Shown here one piece after another: positions 1-11,584 of a DNA stretch of 64,000 bases. Origin of the DNA: Raillietiella orientalis (lineage: Eukaryota); assembly GCA_036172245.1 (NCBI GenBank), contig JAYWIR010000006.1:2790001-2854000 (forward strand), in the 5' to 3' direction. Below the pieces are notes generated by a model. That model ran no database searches, was not told the DNA's origin, and was given only the letters and a program-made list of their open reading frames with translations. How positions within the stretch are numbered: position 1 is the stretch's first letter; each line of letters opens with the position of its first letter. Position numbers and translations under genes: made by a program.

Positions 1-2597
1 TTTGGCGCACAAAGGCATGTGAACTTGCCTGAGCCCCCTACTGCCCTCGTTTCAACCATGGCGCCGTTTGTCTACTGGGGAAAGAAACTCCCTGCCTCTA
101 GCGAAGTCCTCGATGACACAAGCTCTAATTCAGAATTCATGTGGATTCCAGAGCGCTGCCATCCCAGACTGGCGCTCCATCTATTAGAAACTAAATGAAA
201 CTGGAAATAGGGGAGGGTCCGAAATGCACTGACCCGAAGCAAAAGGGCCCCAAGCTTATCAGGGACTTGACTGGTGAGGGAATGGGGAATGAGCATGGAA
301 GACCGATGAATGCATAAATGAAGTAAGATGGACCGTGTATTTTTCCCGTGTGCACGCAGTGGAGCAGCGGCCGCACTTGGACGGGCGAGGAAAGAGAAAA
401 CATGAAGTGTGAAGCGAATGAGGTAAGAAAAAAACGAAAGGGACGCCGTTTCGCGGTCGTGACCTCTCCGTCAGAGTCAGGAAAGGCCACTGGCTTTCCG
501 GGAACGGTCCAGCTCTCCCTCTTCTCCTTGAGCGACCTTTGCAGGAAGTGGGAGGTTCTTCATCGGCAGATCGCTGAACTAGGTGCACGACTTCCGCCAC
601 CACGTGCTGATGGTTAGGTACTCCTTGTTCTTCCTGCACGAAGAGCTCAGCAAGCTAGCGGCTCTCATAACGGAGTAGATCGTGATCGGCTTTGTCTTCG
701 ACCTCCAGAAGTCGCAAGTCATGATAATGCCAGAGGCAAGGATTTCTCCCAATGTAGGAGGAGACCAGCGAGCACTGCCCTCTCGGCTTCGAGAGAACGA
801 AAGGGGCGCTGAAAGGGCCTCTAAGAAGAGCCCCTAGCAAACACGAGGAGGAGATGAAATTGAAGAAGCTGAACTCTCGCCTCCCGCTCAGTTACGATCC
901 GGACCAAACAGTTGGAGGCAAGAGATGGAAAGGCAGAAGATGGAGCAAGTCAGGATTCAACTTCATATGTCTACCAACTGTTTCGACATTCCGACCAGAG
1001 ATCTTCTGACCTCGCACACTCCTTCCCTCTCTGCTTGCCGAGGATACGAAAAAGCAGCTAGTGGCTACCTCGACTCTACTCATGGCACGAAGTGGTCTGG
1101 AAGTCAGGCCGCGGGCCACCCTCTGTGGGTGTCACTCCGCCGCGAGGTGAAACCCGGGCAAAGGAATGCACCCTGTGGAAGGCATTTCCGTGCTTCAGGA
1201 AGAAAGAAAAGGAGCTGGGCGAGGGTCTCCCGCCCAAGGGAACCGGAGACCCCGGTAGGGCAGACAGCTGGCTGCTTTAGAGAGTGGACTCAAGGATCGG
1301 AGTGGCGTCTGGACGGGCGTTCCTGAGCGCTTGCACAAAGGACCGAGCAGGGGTGACTGGCAGGACATTCGCCGGGATCCCCAAAGTTTTCGCCGTTATC
1401 CCCCGCGCTCCATCGGAAGTTCCCTTCGAGGAACAGAACGCTCCGATCCCGCTGCAAGTCTCTTGGTCAGCCCTGCAGAGCCCGTTTTGCTTGAAGCTGT
1501 TCCATTTGGATGCTGATCCCCCTTTCGAAGGACACCCGGCAATTTAGACTGGATCTTCCCGATTAAGAAATGTCTGAAGGTGGCGCGTGGCGGCTGGGGG
1601 CTGCTTGCCCATGCTGAAGCCTCCCGTCTGAAATAATCGATGACGCAGGAACCCACCTTAGATTGCTGCGTTCCGGCGCCGTCTCACGTCGGGAGCTGCA
1701 GGGGTCCTCCAGCTCAGCTTCCGCGAGGAGTGACACTTCCCGTCCAGGTAATGGCCTTTCGCTGATCTGCTTCCTGCGAAACTCCTCCTGTGCCTCTGCA
1801 ACGGCGCCGCAGGGACTCTCCGAGTTTTCCGATTTGCTTCTTCCGCTGTCGTTGCTGAGTCGCCTCGCCGCCAGACGGAGGAGAAGCCGGGATGGATCCG
1901 CATCTCCTCCGTCGCTTCCCGGTGAATCGGCTCAGCCGCGCGCATCCTGGACGCCGTGCGTTCGGTGGGTTACATCATCGGCGTCGTTCGATCTCATTTG
2001 CTCCCGAAAGGTAAAGAGTCCATCGTGTTTCCATTTTCTTTCATTCCTGCTCTTCGTGCTTTGCCGTGAGCGCGAACGCAGTTTGGACTTCTATGGCAAA
2101 TTGAAGGCGACTTCCAAAGTGCTTCGATACTTCTCAGGAAGAGAAAAGCAGAAGGAAAAGGAAAAAACAACCTTGACGACGGCTTTGTTGCGATTGGATT
2201 CCGCTGCCGAAGGAGTCGAACTCCTCACAGGATCAGAACTGCTGCCTTCAGGAGGAAGACCAACGACACCAACTTGGCATGAATGCAGTCCGCGGTAATG
2301 GTGTGTCTTTCAAAGCCGCGATGCCCACGTTGGTATAATCGACACGCATCCCCCGAAGACTGCTGCTGAAAATGCCGCTGTTCTGCCATGCCGCAATGAA
2401 TTCTCGATCAGACGCGAGGTTTGGCAATCTTGTTCCGTTGCTCTCCGCGAATCCGCCGTGATGCTCGCAGCCATTTTTAAAATTCACACGGCGCTGCTGT
2501 AATTGCCGATCGTTGTGCATGCGTTAGTTGCATCCGTCTTCCTCGTCTAAATCTACAATCGTAGATTTAGGTAGGTTCTCTCTCCCTGGGAGAGCTC

Positions 2598-4122
2598 TCA
2601 CCCGGTCACGCCGGGGCGTTTATTTCTGAACACATTATATCTGCGGTATTAGACCCCGCTACGGCCAATAGTTCATGAGTCCTGCCAGGAAGCCGATTCG
2701 CAGACCGGCTTGACTCTCCTCGGCAGCGGACGGGATAGAGGGTAAAACAAAAAGAAAAATAAATGGAACCCAAAAAAAAAGAAACTATTTGAAGGGCCGG
2801 GAAGGGATCACTGTCCGCTGGAGGAAGAGTCCATCCTCTCCAGGATGCCCTCGAGGTCCCTCTGCATAGCTCCTAGGGGACCATCCGATCGCGATTCGCA
2901 GGTAGCGACCCGCGTGTACGATAGGGGAGGAAAGGGTGATCCGAAACGAGGCGGGAACATCGCCTTCGTTTCGGATCATCCGTGTCAACTCGAGCACCAG
3001 GGGTGTCAGCTCTGCGGCGAAGCACTGAAAGAACTCCGCCGACAGGCCGTCCTCCCCTGGCGCCTTACTCCTCTTGAGCCTTTTAATCGCGGTGATGATT
3101 TCACCGGTCGTAAAAGGCTCGTTGAGGCTTTCTTTCTCCTCCTCCCTTATGGCCGGGGCTCCACCCGGAAGCAGGAGCCGCGAGGCATCCCACTCTGCAG
3201 GTGCCCTGGCGTAAAGGGAGGAATAAAATCCCTGCACGAGGCGACGTATCGCTGCAGGGTCCGAGTGTTCCTGGTCCAGGTTGTCCAGCACGCTGGGCGG
3301 CCCGGATTGCCAGGCTTGACGCTCAGCTCCGGCTTTGTACTCGGCCAAGCGACGGACGTTAGGGGTCCTCGCGTAACGACGGGTGTGCAAATACGCCCTT
3401 TCGTTGCGGGACCCCTCACAAAATCCGGGGGGCAGGCGGTGCATGGGGAACTCCTCGCAGAACTGGCGGACCGAGGCCTTCATGCGGTCCCAGTCCGAGG
3501 GATTCTGGAGGGTGACGCCTCTCAGGAATCGGCAGAGATGTTCCGCCGCACCTGAGATCCGCGTCCACTCCCCGGGAAGACGCCACGCCCTGGATGGTGG
3601 TCCTTTGCGATGCATAACTTTGAAAATCAACCGGAAATGGTTGGACAGCGTCAATGGAAGTTTTCCTCGTCTGCCGACCCGTGAGCACAGGTCGGCGTCT
3701 AGGAAAACGTGATCGACGCTTTGGACCATTTCCGGGAGGTCCCTCAACAAGTTGAGTGCCCGCATCGCCGCGCACAACTCGTTGGCCACGTCTTTTTGCC
3801 CGCAAGGCACACCTGACAGCAAGAGGCTGTTCAAATCTCCACCGATCAGATGTGCCTTGCGTACGTTTATATCAGCCAGCCAGTCGCGCTTCAGGGTTTC
3901 GAGGAACCAGGAACGTTCCCCGTACCCGCATCTTCCGCTCGGAGCGTACACGTTTGTCACGACAAGGTCGATCGAGTTGGACGACCTGAGGATCAGCTGG
4001 CCAACCCGACCGTCCTTGTCGAAGCGTATGTACTTGACGACGGCGTCGGCTGCTGGCTTCACAAAAAACGCGATGCCACAGGTGTTGCGAGAGCCGCATT
4101 GCCAATACAACCCATCCCCTGC
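2598..4122 (-). mobile_element. L1/Tx1-type non-LTR retrotransposon, internally deleted (APE C-terminal part, linker and RT domain 0, fused to last ORF2 codons and 3' UTR)
   Basis: ORF 2785..4323 has APE motifs GSRNTCGIAF, DGR, NVYAP, GGDLN, SVDHVF and LSNH, then EPFTTGEI...KAPGEDGLSAEFF (pre-RT). At ~2930 it jumps to the family C-terminus (RDLEGILERM, frameshifted). The 3' terminal AATAAA/CCCGG hairpin is at 2601-2624. Confidence 0.88.
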
Positions 4123-4937
4123 CTGCACCATCGCAGGAGCAACCCGATCCATAGGTGGCTGGAGGACTTGCGAGCTGGCAGACGCCGCCACGCCTCGCAA
4201 CATTGCGAAGGGACTCCTTCGGTGGAGCGAACATTTGAGTGTGCCCCCCGAAGAACTTGTGGTCCCTTCCTCCTGCTTGAACACTAATGTGTTTCCTTTG
4301 AGCTGGAAACAGGACGTCATCATGCTGGTGCATTGGGGTTTTCACTCCAACCAGCGGACGAACCGTGTTTCCGGGGGAGTTGTCTCCCCGAACTGCAAAA
4401 GGTGCGGAGGAGCCGAAACGCTCCCGCACCTGCTTTTGGACCGCGGTGGAGGCTGTGGCGGAGGCTGGCCTCAGCTCTCCTGCACCAGGGGGACACCGCG
4501 AGGGACTTGATGCGCCGCTTCTTCACGTCAGGCGGCCTGCCTTTAGGTGCTGTCATCGCAACGGTCTGTTGCACCCGCGCCATCGACAAGGCCCACCGTG
4601 AGTTGGAGAAGCTGGCCATTCTTCGTCAACCCACCGGAATAGCTGGCGTGAGCATGGCGTCGGCTGCCGAGTGGGCCCATCTTCCAGAGGGCGTTAGGAG
4701 CGAGATCGCCAGCATGCATAGCCGGTTCTGAAAGACTGGAACGGCCGCACCAAAGACCCCTGTCCCTTACCCTCCCCATATTTTTACTTTTATTTTTTAT
4801 ATGTGTATTTTTATATGGTCCCCTCCCTCCCGTTCCGGACTTTCGGTATACCCCCCTTCGTTTCTTCTGTGTCCTTTGTCCGGGAACTCTGTTCCTGGAT
4901 AGTTTATTAATAAACGCCCCGGCGCACCCGGGTGACA
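4123..4937 (+). mobile_element. 5'-truncated L1/Tx1-type LINE (subfamily B), ORF2 C-terminus plus 3' UTR
   Basis: LVHWGF...SPNCKRCGGAETLPHLL (CCHC-like), then WAHL...MHSRF stop at 4731. U-rich UTR, AATAAA at 4909-4914 and hairpin at 4918-4932. Confidence 0.85.
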
Positions 4938-4938
4938 A

Positions 4939-5120
4939 ACAAACGACTCCCTGCGATCCTCTCGATCTCCTGGGCGTTCTCCGCGGTGATCACGTGGATC
5001 TCCTTCATGAGCACCAGGCCGAAGTCACGCAGGATGTCAGGCCACACCCCCTCCCCGAGAGAGGGTGTGGCCTGATCGACCAGCAAGCACCGACTCTGCG
5101 GTCCTCCGGCTCGCACATCC
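4939..5120 (-). mobile_element. N-terminal part of the same LINE APE domain, separated by a nested insertion
   Basis: Reads DILRDFGLVLMKEIHVITAENAQEIERIAG (APE LQETH-like motif), exactly the segment missing in front of the APE at 4122, on the same strand. Confidence 0.65.
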
Positions 5121-7410
5121 GGAACTGAAGCCTTTCAGAATCGTGATTGGAATCCAAGAATGCGCTTAAAGGGGAGTGTGTAAAGGGTGATCGGTTTCAA
5201 CTGTGGAAGAGGAAGCACGGAACTGAAGTCTTCCAGTGAGCAGCCTTCTTGAACCCACCGCGGCGGAAGCTAGCTGGGCATCTCGGGTTCCAGAGATGCC
5301 TTGCAATGTGCTCCGAGCAGCAGCGTTGGATTCTACGCACGAGAGTGCAGGCGGTGCTTCGCATTTCGCGTGTAGAAGCAGAAGAATTTCCGACCGCGAA
5401 AGCGCACCTGTCCTTAAAGGCGGCTTCGCAAATGCAGATCCGAGAAGGAAGATCTCCTCCCCCCGAAGAGGATGGGAAAAAAATGCGACACTGCCATTAG
5501 TATTTTTAAGCAGACCAATGACGGCCGTCGGAAGTGGAAGAAGAAACGAACAGAAATACCGAGGCTTCTATTGAAAAATCCTCCAAGAAAAGAAAGGAAG
5601 CAGGAAAAAAATCTTAGGTTGGCAAAGTGAGCTGAATCCGAGGAGACCGTATTCCCAGATGCGGGAGGGGAACAAAAGAAGTCTAACGGTGAAGTCGGAT
5701 GGAAGGGATTACACTCTTCGAACGTTTAAACAAAGTTCGTCATTACAGAGTTCGCTCCTACTTTTAGGATGGCGCGTGTTCCCTTTCCCTTCCGTCACTC
5801 CTGTTTTGTTCTCTTGTTCTTTTGGGAACCTGATTGCACGTCGCACCATAGGCCACTCGAGCAGAGCATCTCGCATCCCGAGATCTCAAAGTACTGCTTC
5901 TCGAATCCTTTAGTAGGGCGATCGTCGAAATTCTTTTCAAACAAAGGCAGATCACGTGCATGTGTAGACCTCGGTCTAGCAGAGCAGAAGAACAAAAAAA
6001 AGGAAATGTTGGCTGGAAGGAGTGGACAGAGAGGCAAGTTTTTTGTCTGAATCGCATGTCCTGGTGAGCTAGAGACATAGAACCGTCAAGATCCAACGTC
6101 TTTGTTCACTCGACCAAAAGTACGATGAATGGCAACTCCCTGGTCCATTTTTTCTTTTTTTTCTCAGCAATCAGGCGTTTGCACTTTTACGAAAGATACT
6201 CAGAACAAGCGATACTCATAGCTACCGAACAAACCCCAAGGAGACCATTTGCTACCGTTGCAGCTCCCTGCCGCGAAGAGCGTGCAGCCACCGCGAGATG
6301 ACGGTTGATTCAGGATTCAGCATCGCTTTCAATTCCATGATATTTTGAGACTTGAAACTTCATCTCGACTTTCTGTTCCACTAGGAGTTGACAGGCATTT
6401 GAAAAACCACTAACCTAAAAGAGCACTGATGGTTGTAGCAGCTGCTGAAAACCGGGAGATTAATCGCTGCGTGCAGAACAGCATTTGCAGACGCACTGCA
6501 GCATCCAGATCAAGCATATTTCGAGAGCAAAAGCGAAATTGATGCAGCCGCATTTGAAGGAAGAGAATGCCTCTCCAACGGGAGCGAAGGAACGCAAAGA
6601 TGGTTGCCATGTCTTTCTTTGTGTGTCACAAATCAATCCAAGGAGGCTGCTGTTCGACTTATGAGGGGAGGGCGGTCGCGAGGTTCACTCTGCTTTGCTC
6701 TCCTCTCAAGAAGAGTCCCCATGGTAAACTCGGCCAGCACCGATGTTAGTCTTCTCCTGTGGAATAACAAGGAAAGCAAATATGCGGAAGCTGACTCTAC
6801 CCTTCCGGGCGGAGTTGAGCGCACTGTATCGACACTTTACCCTGCTTCCCCCTGAAGCCTTAGAAGGCTTTTATATCAGGCTGGATGCTCTCTTGATTAA
6901 AGCCAGATGATCCAGCGTGCTAGAAGCGGAGATTTCCGCTCCGAGCGCTTTTAGCAAACCTTGGGCAAGAGGCATCCACGTCAGTCCTCCCTGAGCTATA
7001 CAACGGGATTTCAATTTTGAGTTCGACCCCTGTAGCGGGCTCAAGAGAGATACCCAGGTCACCAAAGTCCAGGTACCACAAGTCCTGACTTCCGAAAAGA
7101 ATCACTCGAAATAGTTCCATTCCCCCTTAGAGGTCACCCTGACCTGCTACTATGGCGACGTACGTACTCCTGATTCCAGACTCCAGGAACACGTGCTAGG
7201 CCAGGTTTTTCACCCGGATTTTTCGGAGCATTTATTATTGAAATTTGATATACAATTTCATAATAAAGTCAGTTTTTCAAGTTTTTTCAGGCAGAACACT
7301 GGTTCTGCCTGTCTTGGGCATTCGTCCTTACCGGCCCTGAGGCCAGTGAGGTCTTTTTCGCTGGCAAAAGGGGAGGAAAAAACAGAAAAAAAGACGAAAA
7401 AAACAGTCGG

Positions 7411-9190
7411 AGTCCCTTGACCTTTAGCAGCTACTTTGAATTGGTGCTGAGCATACGTGGTGACTCTGGCCACTCTGTCGAGCTCGTGCCCGGTACGTCT
7501 GCCGTGTCGGCGGATGCCGACGATCTTCTACTTGCTCCCCATGTCCTCCCCGGCGTCAGCACTCGAGAACTTCGAGTTCAGCTGCGGGAAGGGCTTCTAA
7601 GTGAACAGGGAAAAATCGTCGGTGGGGCCAGTTGGTGCGACATGGGCTGGAAGGTCGGACTAGATCTGCTTGGAAATCCCCAGGACAGGTACTTAAAGCT
7701 CTAGGCGTTTCGTTAGGGGAATTCTGCCTAGAAGAAGCGTAGTTGGACCGTCTCCAAAAGGTAGAGATGGCGCTCGACCCGTTTCTGGAAGGCAAATTTC
7801 ATTTGTCGGAACAGGCCGCGTTCCGGAACGCAATCGCCGCTACTCTCCTCCCTCCCCTGCTTTTTGCTTGTCTTGTCCCCCGAGAAGCGAAAAAGCGGAC
7901 GAAGGACCTCCCAAGAATTGTCTGCAAACCTACCTTGTGGAGGTCCCGAGTCCAGCTGAAGGATTTGCCTGCACCGCGCCTGGATGGCGGCCTCGACCTC
8001 ATGACTTTGCTTCAGATGGAGATTCAGCTATGATGGCGAACAACGGCCATCGCGGCAAAGTACCGGAGCACCCTTCAGTACGTTCCTGCATGTCTTCTCT
8101 CTAGCCGTGTATCCCATACGGAAGGACTCGCATCCTACTATCTATGCTCCCTCCTCAAGGTTCCAAGATGCGGTCTTCTCGGTCGCTATTCGCCCTGGCG
8201 AAGGAAAACTGCTCATTGGTTTCTGCTCCATCTCCCAACTCTAGCGCTCGGCTAGAAGAAACAGTTGGCATGTAGGCGAAGCTGAACCAGGCAATCCCAG
8301 AAGTGTGAAACTGTCTGGACTCGGGAACCACGCCCGATGCTTGTTGCGGAGCGTCCTGGGATGTCCCAGAAGGAGCACGTGGGCGGAAACGAACCTCCTC
8401 GCTTCAACGATGTACTTCATGAGGAGGGCACTTGGCAGAAGCCAAACGACGAGGTCTCCTGCGACATCGCAGGTACAATGGAAACCGATGAGTAGCTCGA
8501 CCATAGGGCTGCTGACGGATGCTGCGACCCCGAGTGTCCTTCCACGAGAACTACGGCGTTGTGGAGAGCCACTTGGTATTCATAACGGAGATCTGGAGTG
8601 GCCCCTAGTGCTTAAGAACAGCAGCGCTCTCCCACTGCAGTCGGCACTTCTGCTGCTACGCTGGCGTCTTTCCTGCAATTCTCCCCGACATCACTGGACG
8701 CTAAGAAGGGCAAGCCCGGACTGTCACAAGTGCGAGGAACGGGAATCCCTCCTGCACCTATTTGTGGACTGGGTTTCCCTTCGGCACTTTCGAGAAGGCT
8801 TTGCTGCGACTCTCGGAACCTCCGGCGGCAACCCCAGGGACGTTGTCCGACTTCTCTTTGTGCGTGATGCCCTGCAGCCAGCCGCAGCCTCAGCAGCTCT
8901 CCGCTGCCTACAAGGGATCGTAGAGGTCTGGAGCGGAGCCAACAGAAGAAACGAGAGGGACGTCGTCCAGTGCGCAGTTTGCTTTCTGCAGATTGTGGCC
9001 AGATGGCCCCACCTGGGATCTATTCGGATGGACCTTGCTGACATCCTGGAGAGGATACAGACTCTCTCCAGAAGACTATGATCCCTTCTCGACCCTCTAC
9101 AATGTTTCAACCCTCTACAGTGTTTCCCCCTCCCTTCCGCTACTGAAGTGAACCTCGCCGGTCTGCAGATGGACAATCTGGCAGGTCTAC
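7411..9190 (+). mobile_element. 5'-truncated, decayed L1/Tx1-type LINE (RT domains 4-7, thumb, CCHC-like domain, partial 3' UTR)
   Basis: SPLTFSSYFELVL (domain 4), SADADDLLL at ~7507-7533 (YADD equivalent), VNREKS, LKALGVSLG, PRLDGGLDL and DCHKCEERESLLHLFVD. C-terminus RWPHL...DILERI with stop at 9081. Several stops and frameshifts. Confidence 0.85.
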
Positions 9191-9342
9191 TGTCACTGTC
9201 ATAAGTATTATCAGTGATTCTAAGTCCAATACATTAATTCTGCCATATTAGAATGTTGTTGACACCATGCGTGTCCTAGCTCAATTTGTAAGTTTGTTTT
9301 GAACTTTGGTGAACGCTCATGAGTGTCCGGGTGGGAATCGGG

Positions 9343-9480
9343 GACAACCAGGGTGGAGGGTTCTCTTCGGGGTTCCCTCTCAAGTGTGAGAGGAACGGAC
9401 TCCTTCCTCCGGAGTCCTTTCTGAACAGTCCCGCCCGAAGCACCCCCTAACTTGAAAAGTTGTTTCACGCACACTTGGGT
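9343..9480 (+). mobile_element. SINE internal fragment
   Basis: GACAACCAGGGTGG...GAGGAACGGACTCC matches the reverse complement of 56520-56648. Confidence 0.65.
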
Positions 9481-11584
9481 GGCGTCGAACAGTGTCAAAG
9501 AGGTCAGGGAGCCGCCAGGAAGCGAACGGTCCTTGACTGCTTAGCGAACCCAAAAAAAGACAAAGATGGGCACTGTGAGCTCCTCAAGGGACCAGTACGG
9601 CGCCGCTGCGAACGAGCAGTCGATGTTGGCTCCTTTCATCTTCCCAGATAGCGGAGGCGACGTCCTCGGGACTGCATGTCAGGAGGAGGGCGCGCTCCTG
9701 TTGAAATCGATATTGGTTTGGTGGAGGTCGCACGCTCGTGGCGGCAAGAGGAAGCTGACTCCGACCTGCCACAGGAGCCTGTGGCGCTGCCAGAGGAGGG
9801 TGCAAACGCGTCTGCGGGATAGCAGGAGGTACCGAGCCCAGCCTGATCCAGTTCCTTCTTCGCGGAATCGGACGATCCTTCCGTCTTGCTGGAGAGAAGC
9901 TGGCCAGGGGGCGTGTTGGGAGAAAGGTCCGCGCGATCAGCTGGAGTCCTCCTTTCGTGGTAGATGCTTCTCTTGGAACCGTCTGAATTCTCTCCTTCCA
10001 CCCCCCCGCGCGTGCGCACTTCTAGAGAAACCCACCGTGATCTGCAACCGAATCTGCCTTGATTCTCCCATGATGCCGCTGCGAGCACGCTTCGTTTCGA
10101 AACCGCATGCGTGTACTTATGGCACGCCTCGTTAATTTTCAGGAGGAGGCTCTGGAAGGAAAACGTGGCTCCTGATAACCCAGCCGTTAGTCCACGAGGC
10201 GGGCGTCTGCTGCTTGATGGGAAAGCTCTAGGGGAGGGAAAGCGCGCCTGCGGGGCAAGAGAGGTGGAGTTTTAGAAGCTCTCTCCTATCTACCCCGCGA
10301 TCCACGAGTTTTCTGGAGCTTGCAGCTTCGAACACTCCACGCTTCGTTGGAGCGAACTTGTGGAGCCAGCGCACGGGAGCAGCGCAAGAGACTCCTTCCT
10401 GCTGGGAACCCAAAGGTCTCTCCAGCCTGCTCAAACCCCAGAGCAAGGGAGTGTCGCCGCGTTATCTTGGCAGGGGGCGGATTCGGGTCAGAGGAGGGCC
10501 AAGCAGCGAACGGTGGGAGAAGGGACACGGGGATTTTCTTCCTGCGCCACGGGGTGCTACGCACTCCAGCATCTCCGCGTCGCAGCCAGTCTACTCATCC
10601 GGCCGCCTAGGTGGAGTCGCTATCGTCCCCGCTGACGGCCCGACAGATGCAGGCAGTGCAGGTCCGCTGGGTGCGCAGTGCTCCAGCATGCTATACCTTT
10701 TCCCAGATGCTCTTCTTCGCTCCGAGATAACTTGACTTTGTCTCGGATCCGAGACCCAAAGTGACACTGTGACGAAGAGGGCGCTCCCCTAGGGAGCTGA
10801 AAAGTAAAATGGGTGATGACTCTTGCATCTCATCCTAGTAGCCAGGTCCTGCCGCAACCGACATCTGACCTGGGGCATCAGCTGGTTGGGCAGCTCTTTG
10901 CATTCTTCCAAGAGGTCATAATGTTTCCTAGAGATGGAAGCGGATTCGCTCAATTAGTGGTCGAGGATGTCTGTGAGCTACTGATGGTGGCGCACGGATC
11001 ATCACCAGTCAGCTAACCTTGGGTTTTCCCTGTTGAAGAGGAACTAGCTAAGCTCTTGGTGGCGTCCAAGACAAGACAACCATGGCCTTCCCCAGGTACG
11101 GGTACTCTGCAAGAGAACGCCGTGCTACCCTTCCGCTCCAGAACTTAAGAAGGTTAGAGATGCCTTTGGATTCCCAGCCGGACTCTCAGTTCATCCGCGG
11201 TCACCTTGTATTGCTACAGTCCGAAGCTCATGGGTCCACTATCCGAATGCCCCCGCGTCGTTCACCGGCTTGTCGAACTTTCCTGAGGTCTCTTTGAACG
11301 TGAGCTGTCCCGTATGTCTTCGTCCGTAGATAATGTCTGTTACGAGTGTGCTCGGAATTCCCCGGGAAGCTGGCAAGCGACTCCGTGAAACAGTCAGGCG
11401 CGGCCGGCCTCCGGCGAGGTGGCAAAGCGGTCGGCGTGCAGGAATTCGCTTGGTTCGCCACCGGGCAAATTCAGACATTCCTCGATCGAGATGCGATCCA
11501 AGTTGTCGTAGATCTTTCACAGGATCAGATTCGCCTATCTTAAACGACGTAAATATTTGATTTACCTCCACTGAAGATTTTCTG

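Noticed and set aside
2940..4937. Twin-priming 5' inversion of a single LINE
   Set aside because: The missing APE N-terminus lies beyond the plus-strand copy (4939-5120) with a TSD-like duplication, which favours nested insertion.
4936..4944. (CAAA)n microsatellite tail of the LINE
   Set aside because: It is better explained as duplicated target sequence, and other copies lack it.
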